A DNA stretch of 64,000 nucleotides from assembly GCA_017935485.1 (NCBI GenBank), contig JAGBHO010000021.1, positions 2,479 through 66,478 of the forward strand, in the 5' to 3' direction. The notes under the pieces were generated by a model, which worked only from the letters and a program-made list of their open reading frames with translations, was not told where the DNA came from and did not search any database. This stretch comes from Alphaproteobacteria bacterium (GTDB lineage: Bacteria > Pseudomonadota > Alphaproteobacteria > RF32 > CAG-239). The stretch's first letter is position 1. Each line of letters starts with the position of its first letter. A program made the position numbers and the translations under genes. Shown piece after piece: positions 8,108 to 17,799 of this stretch.

Positions 8108-9065
8108 CGCCGTAAGTCTTTTTGCTTCTTTCTTCATAGGCCTTGACAATTTTTGCCACCAGACCGTGGCGGACAACGTCAGCGGCGCTGAAGCGGACTG
8201 AACTGATGTTGTCAATGCCTTTTAAGGTTTCAAGCGAATCGCGCAGGCCGGAGATTGTGCCTTTGGGCAGGTCAACCTGACTTAAGTCGCCGTTGACGAC
8301 CATGCGGGAGTTTTCGCCCAAGCGGGTCAAAAACATTTTCATCTGCATCGGCGTGGTGTTTTGAGCCTCGTCAAGGATAATGAATGAGTTTGACAATGTA
8401 CGACCGCGCATGAATGCCAGCGGGGCAATTTCTATTTCTCCGATAGCCAACTTTTTATCAACTTGCTCAGCCGGCAGCATTTCATATAAGGCATCATACA
8501 GCGGACGCAGATACGGGTCGACTTTTTCTTTTAAGTCACCGGGCAGAAAACCGAGGTTTTCTCCGGCTTCCACGGCCGGGCGCGACAAAATGATCTTGTC
8601 GATTTTGCCTTCCAGCATCATGGAAACAGCCAATGCGACCGCCAGATAAGTTTTACCGGTACCGGCCGGCCCCAGGCCAAAGACAAGCTCGTTTTTCATC
8701 ATTTCCTGAATGTAAGCCGCCTGAGTGGCAGAACGCGGATAGATATGACGTTTTTTGGTTTTTAAAACGATGTTTTCCATATTTTCTTCGGCAATTTTTT
8801 CAGCGCCGGCGCCGGAAATCCGAACGGCAGCCTTGACTTCTTCTTCATTAATATCAATATTTTTGCCGACTTTGTGATACAGAATGTCGATGGCAGTCTG
8901 TGCCTGAACGGCGGCTTCTTTGTCGCCGGTGATTTTGATCTGGTTGCCGAAAGAGGATATTTCCACATTCAGCAGTTTTTCAAGCAGGCGCAGGTGCGAA
9001 TCCTGCGGGCCGACGACTTGCTGCACCAAAAGATTGTTATAAAGTTCCAAATTGATTTCTGCCAT
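8100..9065 (-). CDS. phoH: PhoH-like ATPase
   Basis: Walker A GPAGTGKTYLAVA and LDEAQN. ATG at 9065 with SD GAAGGG (alternative GTG at 9074). Confidence 0.93.
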   Translation of the reverse strand: MAEINLELYNNLLVQQVVGPQDSHLRLLEKLLNVEISSFGNQIKITGDKEAAVQAQTAIDILYHKVGKNIDINEEEVKAAVRISGAGAEKIAEENMENIVLKTKKRHIYPRSATQAAYIQEMMKNELVFGLGPAGTGKTYLAVALAVSMMLEGKIDKIILSRPAVEAGENLGFLPGDLKEKVDPYLRPLYDALYEMLPAEQVDKKLAIGEIEIAPLAFMRGRTLSNSFIILDEAQNTTPMQMKMFLTRLGENSRMVVNGDLSQVDLPKGTISGLRDSLETLKGIDNISSVRFSAADVVRHGLVAKIVKAYEERSKKTYGDE

Positions 9066-9070
9066 GATCT

Positions 9071-10402
9071 TCACCCTTCCACTACCCCGATCAGGGAGTT
9101 TGTTGCTGCTTCGGTTATTTTTATATTTACGATTTTGTTTAAAAAGTTTTTATCCAGTTCGGCATGCAGGTTTTGCATATACGGCGTGCGTCCGAACAGT
9201 TGGCTGCGGCCGCGGCCTTTGCTTTCAAAAAGAACAGGCATGACTTTGCCGATGCTGCTTTTGTTGAATTTCAGCTGATAAGAAAATAATAAATCCTGCA
9301 ATATGTCCAGCCGCTCTTTTTTGACTTTTTCTTCGACCTGATTTTTGAGCAGGGCGGCCGGCGTTCCGGCACGGCGGGAATATTTGAACGAAAAGGCCTG
9401 AATATACTTGACGCGGTTGACAACGTCGAGCGTGGCCCGAAAGTCTTCATCGGTTTCTCCGGGGAAGCCGACAATAAAGTCAGAAGACATGCCGATTGCC
9501 GGATTGGCTTTGTGCAGTTTTTCAACGACACGCAGATAATCGGCCGAGGTGTGGCGGCGGTTCATGGCTTTTAAAATCCGGTCGGATCCGGACTGAACCG
9601 GAAGATGAAGATAAGGCATCAACTTGTCTAAGTCATGGTGGCATTCTATCAGGTCATCAGTCATGTCGGCCGGATAAGAAGTGGTGTACCGCAGGCGCTG
9701 CAGGCCGTCTATCCGTGCAAGTTCGCGCAACAGGTATGACAGCGGCCGTTCTTTGCCGGCGGTGTCCTCGCCGTGGTAAGAATTTACGTTTTGGCCGAGG
9801 AGGTTGATTTCAAGCGCGCCGTTTTGAACCAGCTGTCTGGCTTCGGCGACGACCTCTTTGACCGGACGGGAGTATTCGGCGCCGCGGGTATAAGGGACAA
9901 CGCAGTAGGTGCAGAAGTTGTTGCAGCCTTCCTGGACAGCCAGAAAAGCACAGGAAGAACGGTTGTCGTTTTGCGGAAGATAATCAAATTTGGATTCAGC
10001 CGGAAAATCGGTGTCAATGACGGGAGCGCCTTTTTGACGTCCGATTTTGGCAAGGATTTCCGGAATGCGGTGATAGGTGAGCGGGCCGGTGGCAAAGTCT
10101 ACAAAGGGAGCGCGTTTGGCAATTTGTTCGTCTTCAGCCTGCACGACGCAGCCGACAACGCCGATAACGGTATCGAGCCCCTGCTGACGGCGTTCTTCTT
10201 TGATGAGATTAATGCGGCCAAGATCGGAAAAGACTTTTTCCGCGGCTTTTTCCCTGATATGGCAGGTGTTGAAAATAATCAAATCGGCATCTTTGGGAGC
10301 GGCTGCTTCCCGATATCCCAGATTTTGCAGAATGCCGGCAATGCGTTCCGAATCGTATACATTCATCTGGCAGCCGAAAGTTTTAATAAAATAGTGTTTC
10401 AC
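9071..10402 (-). CDS. miaB: tRNA-2-methylthio-N6-dimethylallyladenosine synthase
   Basis: FIKTFGCQMNVYDSE at the N-terminus. Radical-SAM motif CNNFCTYCVVP. TRAM C-terminus. GTG start. Confidence 0.95.
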   Translation of the reverse strand: MKHYFIKTFGCQMNVYDSERIAGILQNLGYREAAAPKDADLIIFNTCHIREKAAEKVFSDLGRINLIKEERRQQGLDTVIGVVGCVVQAEDEQIAKRAPFVDFATGPLTYHRIPEILAKIGRQKGAPVIDTDFPAESKFDYLPQNDNRSSCAFLAVQEGCNNFCTYCVVPYTRGAEYSRPVKEVVAEARQLVQNGALEINLLGQNVNSYHGEDTAGKERPLSYLLRELARIDGLQRLRYTTSYPADMTDDLIECHHDLDKLMPYLHLPVQSGSDRILKAMNRRHTSADYLRVVEKLHKANPAIGMSSDFIVGFPGETDEDFRATLDVVNRVKYIQAFSFKYSRRAGTPAALLKNQVEEKVKKERLDILQDLLFSYQLKFNKSSIGKVMPVLFESKGRGRSQLFGRTPYMQNLHAELDKNFLNKIVNIKITEAATNSLIGVVEG

Positions 10403-10579
10403 GCTTTTCTCGCCCTTATTTTCCTATCCTTATATTTTAAGCCAAAAGGTCAGGGATTTCAACCGAATTTTGCGTTATCTGCAGCGGATTTTCTTTTCCG
10501 TTGCGGAAGGCCGTGCTTTTTTGTTGCAAAAAACGGCAGTTTTGGTAAGATAAAACGAAAGTTAATCAGGAGGCTTGTT

Positions 10580-11026
10580 ATGGCTAGTTTAAAATTGGAG
10601 CAGGATATGGAATATCTTACCAGACTTAATGAAGATCAGCGAATCGCTTTTATGAAGGCTTTGGCCAGACTGGCCAATGCGGACGGAAAACTTGACGATG
10701 ACGAGAAAGCTTTTATCCGCGATGTTGCCAAGATATACGGCGTGTCCGAAAGCAGGCTTGAAGAAATTCTTCATCAGGGGTCGGACGATGAAATTGTTGA
10801 AGCCGTTAAAATTATTGACAACCGTAAGGCCGCTTTGGAGTTGGTTAAGGAAATGTGTATTCTGGCGCATGCCGACGATGTCCTTTCGGACAGTGAAACG
10901 CTGCTTATCGGCAGGGTCGGACAGGCCATGGGTGTGGAACTGGAAAAAATCGAGCAGATCAGCCGGTGGGTGATTGACCGTATGATCTGGCTGGAAGAAG
11001 GGCGGATTATTTTTGAAGAAGTGTAG
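10580..11026 (+). CDS. TerB-like (tellurite-resistance TerB / DjlA N-terminal type) domain protein
   Basis: Two LA.ADG.L...E half-repeats (ALARLANADGKLDDDEKAFI; CILAHADDVLSDSETLLI). ATG at 10580 after AGGAGG. The upstream part of the 417 aa ORF is antisense to miaB. Confidence 0.7.
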   Translation: MASLKLEQDMEYLTRLNEDQRIAFMKALARLANADGKLDDDEKAFIRDVAKIYGVSESRLEEILHQGSDDEIVEAVKIIDNRKAALELVKEMCILAHADDVLSDSETLLIGRVGQAMGVELEKIEQISRWVIDRMIWLEEGRIIFEEV

Positions 11027-11040
11027 AACGGAGGGGCAGC

Positions 11041-11922
11041 ATGAGTGCGGCAGACCAGATTAATGAATTGCGCGGCCTGCGCAATGCCGGCGGCGGCATT
11101 GTCAGAAACAACAATGAGCTGATTCAAAGAGGTTTGGAACATGCTTATCCCCGAATCAGCAAGGACGAAAGGGAAGTTCTGGCTTCTCAGCTGGAGGTTA
11201 AATCTGACGGCAAGGTTAAAATCGGCGACAGGGAAATTACGGTCGGCGAACTTGATTTTATTGTAGCGAATTCGATTCAGACCATTACATCCGAGACTGA
11301 TCCGAAAAATGAGTATTTTACCTGGATTGAAGACGGGATAGACATTATCAAAGATATGTCGACCGACGGAGTGACCAAAGAAGAACTGGAAAGAAGAAAC
11401 GAGTTTTTAACAGATTTGGATCAGCGGGAAACCGAGGTCAAAATGTGTATTTCTTTGTATCAGCGGGCGGCCATGGGGACAGGACATTTGGCTGATACAG
11501 CCAAAGAAAAAATTGCTTTTTTGCAGAAAAAATGGGCCAAGCTGATGGAAATCCGCAGCGCCGTCAAACTGTCGACGCAGAATTATGCCGATGAGAAGAA
11601 ATCGGACCGGATTGCCAACGACCGGACAAAGCTTTATTTGCTGGCGCTTTATTTTATGCGGCAGGGGCGTGAAATTCCGCACCGGCTGAAGACAAAACTT
11701 GAAATTAATTACGGTATTACATTTGAAGACGGTCTGGCCGAGCAGATGATTAGCAGAGTTAATCGCGAACCGTTAACGAAAAAGCAAACAATTGATCGTA
11801 TAAATGCACTTAGAGGCAGGCTGCCGGAGGGTGAACGTCCGGTTTTGTCCGTGCATAAACAAAACTTTAATTCGGCTCAGTTTGAAAGATTGAGCAGGCA
11901 GTATATGAACAGTTATAACTAG
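11041..11922 (+). CDS. Hypothetical protein (293 aa)
   Basis: SD GGAGGGG. Starts 14 nt after the TerB-like gene. No motif that I recognise. Confidence 0.65.
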   Translation: MSAADQINELRGLRNAGGGIVRNNNELIQRGLEHAYPRISKDEREVLASQLEVKSDGKVKIGDREITVGELDFIVANSIQTITSETDPKNEYFTWIEDGIDIIKDMSTDGVTKEELERRNEFLTDLDQRETEVKMCISLYQRAAMGTGHLADTAKEKIAFLQKKWAKLMEIRSAVKLSTQNYADEKKSDRIANDRTKLYLLALYFMRQGREIPHRLKTKLEINYGITFEDGLAEQMISRVNREPLTKKQTIDRINALRGRLPEGERPVLSVHKQNFNSAQFERLSRQYMNSYN

Positions 11923-11934
11923 GAGATAAAAATT

Positions 11935-12234
11935 ATGGGTGCTTTATTTGAGCCGTTTTTATATATTATCGGACTGCTTTTGAATATTTATTTCAAAATC
12001 GTGGTTGTGGAAGTTGTCTTGCATTGGTTGATTCATTTCAAAATTTTGGACGTTACCAACAAATATGCCAAAAAGACGATGGAGATTTTGGAAAACGTTA
12101 CGCATCCGGTTTATGAAAAAATCCGCAGCAAATTGCCTCCCGTTTCCGGATTTGATTATTCTCCGTTTGTTTTGCTGCTGGTTTTGCTGTTTCTGGAACG
12201 TATGGTTTACAGATTGAGCGACATCGTTTTGTAA
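11935..12234 (+). CDS. yggT: YggT-family membrane protein
   Basis: Two-TM profile of about 100 aa, of the IVVVEVVLHWLI...F type. SD AGGAG. Adjacent to a DUF167 gene, as is typical. Confidence 0.75.
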   Translation: MGALFEPFLYIIGLLLNIYFKIVVVEVVLHWLIHFKILDVTNKYAKKTMEILENVTHPVYEKIRSKLPPVSGFDYSPFVLLLVLLFLERMVYRLSDIVL

Positions 12235-12269
12235 CCGTTGTTTCCAAAACAAAGGGCGGGTCTTTTTAG

Positions 12270-12590
12270 ATGGCAGATATCACGGAAAAGACACCTCAGG
12301 GTTTGATGTTAAGAGTTAGGATTGCTCCTAACTCTTCTTCTTGCTCCATAAACGGGGTTTATACGGATGCTGACGGTGTCGCGTATCTGAAGGTTTCGGT
12401 TAATGCCGTGCCGGAAAAGGGAAAAGCCAACAAAGAGCTGATTGCCTTTCTGGCAAAATTTTTAAGGCTGGCAAAATCCCGGCTGAAAATTGTCAGCGGC
12501 GAGACGGACAGGTGTAAAAAAATCTGTATTGAGGCCGGTGATGACGAGGTTATGCAAATTGCCGCAAAATTAAAAGAGGAAGTATTATGA
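12270..12590 (+). CDS. DUF167 (YggU-like) protein
   Basis: LRVRIAPNSS...VSVNAVPEKGKANKELIAFLAK...IVSGETDRCK matches the UPF0235 pattern. Confidence 0.8.
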   Translation: MADITEKTPQGLMLRVRIAPNSSSCSINGVYTDADGVAYLKVSVNAVPEKGKANKELIAFLAKFLRLAKSRLKIVSGETDRCKKICIEAGDDEVMQIAAKLKEEVL

Positions 12591-13444
12591 CAAACAGCTG
12601 CAATATCATTGACGGAAAAAAAATCGCACAGGACGTTCTGTCGTCTTTGAAAAGGCAGATTTCCGATATGGCAGCGAAACCGGTTTTGGCAGTTATGTCC
12701 GTCGGTGATGACGAGGCCAGCCGTATTTATGTGCGCAACAAAGAAAAGGCTGCGGCCGACATCGGCATGGAATGCAGATTGCTGCATTTCGGCAATACCG
12801 TTACCGAAAAGGAGCTGTTGGAGGTTATCGGGGCTTTGAATGAGGATGAAAACGTGAACGGGATAATCATCCAGCAGCCGCTGCCGTGTCATTTGAATAC
12901 GGCTTGTCTGGTGGAAGCCGTCAGAGCCTGTAAGGATGTGGACGGTTTCGGACCGGTGAATCTGGGGCTTTTGCAAGTGAACAGTCCCGAGGCCGTTATC
13001 GCGGCAACGCCGAAAGGTGTTCTTCGCCTGATAAAAAGCACTCAAGTTAAACTTGCCGGTAAGCATGCTGTTATTATCGGACGTTCCAATATTGTCGGAA
13101 AGCCTCTGGCCAGCCTGCTTTTGAATCAGGACTGTACAATTACGGTCGCACATTCCAAAACTGTCGGTTTGCCGGCGCTCGTCCGGCAGGCGGATATTAT
13201 CGTGGCGGCCTGCGGTTGTGCAAAGCTGGTTAAAAGCGACTGGGTTAAAGACGGCGCCGTATTGGTTGATGTCGGGATAAACCGCGGTTCGGACGGCAGG
13301 CTTTGCGGCGATATTGATTTTGAGGCGCTGGCCGGCCGTAATGTCCGGATTACGCCCGTCCCGGGAGGCGTAGGGCCGATGACGGTGGCGATGCTTTTGG
13401 AAAATACATGGCAGGCTTATAAAAAGCAAAAAAACATTTTGTAA
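12587..13444 (+). CDS. folD: Bifunctional methylenetetrahydrofolate dehydrogenase/cyclohydrolase
   Basis: IIDGKKIA, VGDDEASRIYVRNK, GIIIQQPLP, VIIGRSNIVGKP and PGGVGPMT motifs. Confidence 0.96.
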   Translation: MTNSCNIIDGKKIAQDVLSSLKRQISDMAAKPVLAVMSVGDDEASRIYVRNKEKAAADIGMECRLLHFGNTVTEKELLEVIGALNEDENVNGIIIQQPLPCHLNTACLVEAVRACKDVDGFGPVNLGLLQVNSPEAVIAATPKGVLRLIKSTQVKLAGKHAVIIGRSNIVGKPLASLLLNQDCTITVAHSKTVGLPALVRQADIIVAACGCAKLVKSDWVKDGAVLVDVGINRGSDGRLCGDIDFEALAGRNVRITPVPGGVGPMTVAMLLENTWQAYKKQKNIL

Positions 13445-13509
13445 TCTTTTAAAATCATTTCCAGTTCTTATATATTTTCTATTCAATTGTTTAGTGCAAA
13501 GGAAGAGAA

Positions 13510-14145
13510 ATGACTAAGAAATTGGGACGGGTTTTTATGCTTGACGATGATCTGATTGTTCTTAACTTATATCGGGAAATGTTGGAAAAAAACGGTTATG
13601 AGGTTTTTGCCACGGCGAATGCTTATCAGTTTTTGCTTTATGCCAGAGAGCTGATGCCTGATCTTGTTATTCTGGATATTAACATGCCCGAAATTACCGG
13701 CTGGGAGGTTATGAGCCGGCTGGCGGCGGAAGAGCAGACATCCGAAATTCCGGTCGTCGTGATGAGTGTGCTGGCAGACAAGGCACTGGCTGTGCAGAAA
13801 GGAGCTGCGCATTATCTTAACAAACCCGTAAAACCGGAAGATTTGTTGGAGATTTTGGAAGCGTATTGTGTCGGAAACAAAAAGCATGATGTTTTGCTGC
13901 TGGAGGATTTTGAACCGATGAAAAAAACGCTCCGGCAAAGAATGGAAGAACGAAAATGGTCTTGTTTTGAGGTTAATGATCTTAAGGCAGCCAAACGTTA
14001 TCTGCAGAAAAATAATCCGAAAATCGTGGTAGTCAACCTGCCGCATAACCGGTTGGGGAAGGTTATGAACGAGCTTAAACATCCGCTTGTCCGTTATTTG
14101 GAGAGTTATGAACAGGTTGATGATTTAGAGGAGTTGCTAAAATAA
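13510..14145 (+). CDS. Response regulator, receiver domain plus degenerate second receiver-like domain, no output domain
   Basis: REC signature DD...DLVILDINMP...NKP in the first half. The second half is REC-like, but the phospho-Asp position reads VVVNLP. Confidence 0.85.
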   Translation: MTKKLGRVFMLDDDLIVLNLYREMLEKNGYEVFATANAYQFLLYARELMPDLVILDINMPEITGWEVMSRLAAEEQTSEIPVVVMSVLADKALAVQKGAAHYLNKPVKPEDLLEILEAYCVGNKKHDVLLLEDFEPMKKTLRQRMEERKWSCFEVNDLKAAKRYLQKNNPKIVVVNLPHNRLGKVMNELKHPLVRYLESYEQVDDLEELLK

Positions 14146-14244
14146 TTATTTGTCTTTATACTGGGGGTGTTTGCGGCGGTAAGCGTGATTAATATTCTGC
14201 CGTCCGAGTGTCGGTTAAGGTTTTCAGGTAAAGACGGAGTTTTT

Positions 14245-14859
14245 ATGGTTTTAAGAAGTATGTTGAATTTGTGGCACAAAATGACGGGTGCCTGTTATGA
14301 TTATATGATTAATCTGGCTTCCAGCGAAAAGGCAATGTATTTTTTGTTTGCCGTGGCCTTTATTGAAAGTTCGTTTTTTCCGATCCCGCCTGACATTATG
14401 CTGATTCCGATGGTTCTGGCGACACCTTCCAAAGCTTGGAGAATTGCCGGCATAGCAACCGTTGCCAGTGTCTTAGGCGGGTATTTCGGATATCTTATCG
14501 GCGTTTATTTCTTTGATCTGATTGCCAAACCGGTTTTGAGTTTTTACGGGTATCTCAATCAGTTTGAGCAGTTTAAGAATTATTATCACGAGTGGGGCGC
14601 ATGGATTGTGTTCGGTGCCGGAATTACGCCTTTCCCTTATAAGGTTATTACCATTGCCAGCGGTGTGGTTCATCTGGATATCTGGGTCTTTGGTCTGGCT
14701 TCGGTCGTGGCTCGGGGAATGCGTTTTTATCTGGTGGCATGGCTCTTGAAAAAATACGGTGCACCGATGAAGATTTTTATTGAAAAAAATCTCGGATTGT
14801 TGTCGGTGCTGTTTTTGCTGCTGCTTGTCGGCGGGTTTGCCGCAATTAAGTTTATGTAA
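14245..14859 (+). CDS. YqaA/DedA-related (SNARE-associated) membrane protein
   Basis: FLFAVAFIESSFFPIPPDIMLIPM motif and a polytopic profile. ATG at 14245 after GACGGAG. Confidence 0.8.
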   Translation: MVLRSMLNLWHKMTGACYDYMINLASSEKAMYFLFAVAFIESSFFPIPPDIMLIPMVLATPSKAWRIAGIATVASVLGGYFGYLIGVYFFDLIAKPVLSFYGYLNQFEQFKNYYHEWGAWIVFGAGITPFPYKVITIASGVVHLDIWVFGLASVVARGMRFYLVAWLLKKYGAPMKIFIEKNLGLLSVLFLLLLVGGFAAIKFM

Positions 14860-14902
14860 TAAAAAATCCGTGTTTGAAGCTTTTTTTCAAAAGAAGGATA
14901 AT

Positions 14903-14946
14903 AAAAAACCGAAGAGAGCGTTTTGAGCAATCTTCGGTTTTTTTTA
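14903..14946. terminator. Bidirectional terminator between the yqaA-like gene and infA
   Basis: Stem AACCGAAGA / TCTTCGGTT flanked by an A run and a T run. Confidence 0.75.
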
Positions 14947-15165
14947 ATCTTTATGACGAAAGGTAATTCGTCCTTTGGTGAGATCATACGGAGTCATTTC
15001 AATATCGACCTTGTCCCCGACCATAACGCGGATGCGGAATTTTCTCATTTTTCCGGCAGTGTGTGCCAAAATTTCAACGCCGTTTTCCAATCTTACGCGG
15101 AACATGGCGTTGGGCAGTTTTTCAATGACCTCTCCGGTTAATTCAAGAAGTTCTTCCTTACTCAT
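14944..15165 (-). CDS. infA: Translation initiation factor IF-1
   Basis: A 73 aa protein with [19 protein letters not shown]...[16 protein letters not shown]. Confidence 0.97.
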   Translation of the reverse strand: MSKEELLELTGEVIEKLPNAMFRVRLENGVEILAHTAGKMRKFRIRVMVGDKVDIEMTPYDLTKGRITFRHKD

Positions 15166-15239
15166 TAATATTTCCTTTGTTATTGTATTTTGTTATTGTA
15201 TAACGCCTAAATTTTATTTATGCAATTGATTTCTTTCGC

Positions 15240-16946
15240 CTATTCGTTTTTTTTATATTTAGGCGTACGGGATTCGGCGTATTGCGGAAACTCGATTGTA
15301 AAGGTTGTTCCTTTGCCTTCCTTACTTTGGACGCTGATGTTGCCGCTGAATTTTTCTACAATGGATTTTACGATGGCAAGTCCCAGACCGGTGCCGCTTT
15401 GGCTGCCCTTTTGCCCTTCGGAATAGAAAGGTTCAAAAATGTGCGGAAGGTTTTTGGCCGAAATTCCCCGTCCGGTGTCTTTTACTTTGATTGTGGTTAT
15501 GTCGGCGGCCGTACGAAGCGAGACTTCGATTTTTCCTTCGCTGCCGGTTGCTTTGATGGCATTTTGCAGCAGGTTCAAAATCAGCATTTTGAAGTCGGAG
15601 TCATTGCCGAGGATACAAACTTTTTTGCCTGAGGATTTAAGGAGGAGCTCAATTCCTTTACGTTTGGCCTCATAATCCAGCAGGGCAATGATTTCCTGGC
15701 TTGAGGTGATGCAGTCAACGGGGCCGTTGCTGTCATGAATGTTTTGGGAAAGTTTTAAAAGCCGTTCGGGAATGTCCAGACAAACCGTTATTTGTTCCAG
15801 AATCATCTGCAGATATTTTTTGGCTTCGTCAGTGTCGGGAATGTTTTGATAATATTTGTTGATAATGTTTTCCATAATCATGCGGACGGAGCCAAGGCTG
15901 TTTTTCATCTCGTGGGCGACGGAGGTTGATAAAAAGCCAAGAGAAGACAGCTTTTGCTGGTGAGAGAATTTTATGTCGTCACTCAGGTCGCGAATGGATT
16001 CAACAATATAAAATTCCTGACGATTGTCCTCATCAATCACCAGCGGGGCGGCATTGATTGACAGATGGCGGTGCGGAAAGGCCTGAAACTGCTGAATTAC
16101 TTTAATTTGCTTTTGCCGGTTTTTTCTGATTTCCTTTAACGGGCAGGTAAAACTGCTGTCCGGACAAGGGTGATCCAGGTTTTGGCAGGAGGCGTAACAT
16201 TTTAAGCCGACGCCATGTGGCGTGTCGATTTGCTTGTAATAGGCATCATTGGCGAGAATGATGTCATAATTTTCATTGATGACCCGAATGCCGTCAGGAA
16301 TGCTGTTAATCAGTGCCTGCTGGAATTTTTCTTTTTGCCGGATTTCGTTAAAACTGTTGTTCAGATTTTCAAGCATCTGGTTAAAGGCCTGACCGAGTTT
16401 GTCAATCTCGTCTTCAAACAGGTAATTTGTATTCAGGCTGACCCGCTGCGAAAGGTCGCCGGATGCGGCCAAGTCGCTGATATGGGAGAGCTTGTCAATG
16501 GGTTCTAGTATCCATTTTCGCAGCAGAATTCCCAAAATGATGATTAGCAAAATAATCAGAAACGTGCTGATAAGCGTTACTTTTACGGCGCGGGCAAAAG
16601 AATTGTAGCGGCTGTTGTAGTTGCGGATGATTTCTTCAACGCGTTTGTGTTCGGTGGTGATTTCGTTTAGCGAGCGCGGGTCCTCATTGTAGCGGAGAAT
16701 CTCGGCGACATTGGTGGAAACCTGTGAAATTTCATTGTTTTTCAAAAGTGTATTCAGTTCCTGCCGCAGGATGACGTTTTCATAATTTAATTCTGAAAAC
16801 TGTTTGGTATTTAACAGGTTGATTTGCCCTTCTTCCTGAAATTTCTGACCGTAGACGATGTAAAACGAATAAACGAAGATTGTACAGGTCAGGATGAAGA
16901 AAATGGCAATCGTATATAGTATTTTTCTGTTCAGGCTGATAAACAT
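15240..16946 (-). CDS. Sensor histidine kinase (TM-HAMP-PAS-HisKA-HATPase)
   Basis: H-box SVAHEMKNSL. N, G1 and G2 boxes (LLQNAIKAT, DTGRGI, GTGLGLAIV). HAMP after the second TM. ATG at 16946 (TTG at 16958 is possible). Confidence 0.9.
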   Translation of the reverse strand: MFISLNRKILYTIAIFFILTCTIFVYSFYIVYGQKFQEEGQINLLNTKQFSELNYENVILRQELNTLLKNNEISQVSTNVAEILRYNEDPRSLNEITTEHKRVEEIIRNYNSRYNSFARAVKVTLISTFLIILLIIILGILLRKWILEPIDKLSHISDLAASGDLSQRVSLNTNYLFEDEIDKLGQAFNQMLENLNNSFNEIRQKEKFQQALINSIPDGIRVINENYDIILANDAYYKQIDTPHGVGLKCYASCQNLDHPCPDSSFTCPLKEIRKNRQKQIKVIQQFQAFPHRHLSINAAPLVIDEDNRQEFYIVESIRDLSDDIKFSHQQKLSSLGFLSTSVAHEMKNSLGSVRMIMENIINKYYQNIPDTDEAKKYLQMILEQITVCLDIPERLLKLSQNIHDSNGPVDCITSSQEIIALLDYEAKRKGIELLLKSSGKKVCILGNDSDFKMLILNLLQNAIKATGSEGKIEVSLRTAADITTIKVKDTGRGISAKNLPHIFEPFYSEGQKGSQSGTGLGLAIVKSIVEKFSGNISVQSKEGKGTTFTIEFPQYAESRTPKYKKNE

Positions 16947-17034
16947 GGGCGCTCGCAAAAATAAATTAAATTTTTAATAAAATAGAAACTTATTGCCAGT
17001 ATACAGGGGGAATGGTTAAAGAAGAGGAAACATT

Positions 17035-17253
17035 ATGAAAAAAGAGACAGAACTGAGTCCTGAAGAATTGGCAATATGGTATGAAGATTGGAATGATGAA
17101 AATCTGGCTTTTATCAAGTATGATAATTATGAGGGAGACAAGATGTGGGTTATTTACGGCGCGGACGGTTCCCGAATTGCTGCGACGGATAACCGGGATT
17201 TTGCTTTTTTGGTTGCCCGGCAGCGTGATTTGGAGCCTTGCAGCGTGCATTAG
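17035..17253 (+). CDS. DUF1150-family small protein
   Basis: The ...AFIKYD...WVIYGADGSRIAATDNRDFAFLVARQRDLEPCSVH pattern is typical of this alphaproteobacterial family. Confidence 0.75.
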   Translation: MKKETELSPEELAIWYEDWNDENLAFIKYDNYEGDKMWVIYGADGSRIAATDNRDFAFLVARQRDLEPCSVH

Positions 17254-17282
17254 AGAAGATGTTTGTCCGGTTTTAAAATGAG

Positions 17283-17310
17283 AAAAAACCCCGTATGAAC
17301 GGGGTTTTTG
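17283..17310. terminator. Bidirectional terminator
   Basis: AAAAAACCCCG-loop-CGGGGTTTTT between convergent genes. Confidence 0.8.
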
Positions 17311-17322
17311 TCTATGCGCATT

Positions 17323-17772
17323 TTAGTCCTGATTATTTAACAAAGCATAAATTTCTTCGCATTTGGAAATCTGACGGATTTTGTTGCAGGTTGCTTCGTC
17401 TTTCAAAATGCGGGAGGCTTTGGCCAAAGCGGTCAGGTGATCCGCACCGCTGCCTTCCGGTGAAATCAGCATAAAAATCAGATCCACGGGCTTGCCGTCC
17501 ACAGCATCAAAATCAACCGGCGTATTGAGTTTTGCAAAAATGCCGCAAACTTTTCCGGCTTCGGCAATACGGGCATGCGGCAGGGCGGTTGCTCCGCCAA
17601 AACCGGTGGAACCCAGATTTTCGCGTTCCAGAAGGCTGTCAAAGATTGTTCGTTCCGAAATTTGTGTTATTTCGGAAGCTTTTTGAGCGAGTTCCTGAAG
17701 AAGCTGACGTTTATTTTGGGCCTTTATACCCACAACAATACAGTTTTCATTCATGATTTCTGAAATTTTCAT
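17323..17772 (-). CDS. ptsN: PTS IIA-like nitrogen regulatory protein
   Basis: EIIA-Ntr motif GFGGATALPHARI. Lies in the rpoN-hpf-ptsN context. Confidence 0.92.
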   Translation of the reverse strand: MKISEIMNENCIVVGIKAQNKRQLLQELAQKASEITQISERTIFDSLLERENLGSTGFGGATALPHARIAEAGKVCGIFAKLNTPVDFDAVDGKPVDLIFMLISPEGSGADHLTALAKASRILKDEATCNKIRQISKCEEIYALLNNQD

Positions 17773-17799
17773 AAATTATATGCCTTATGTAATTTCAAC

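Noticed and set aside
9773-10579. The N-terminal 269 codons of the 417 aa ORF 9773-11026
   Set aside because: This part is antisense to miaB and reads as shadow sequence. A good SD plus ATG at 10580 begins the TerB-like domain, so only 10580-11026 is called.
14272-14290. TGGCAC strings (14272, 38697, 58889) as sigma-54 promoters, given that rpoN is present
   Set aside because: None is followed by TTGC at the required N5 spacing, and all lie inside coding sequence.
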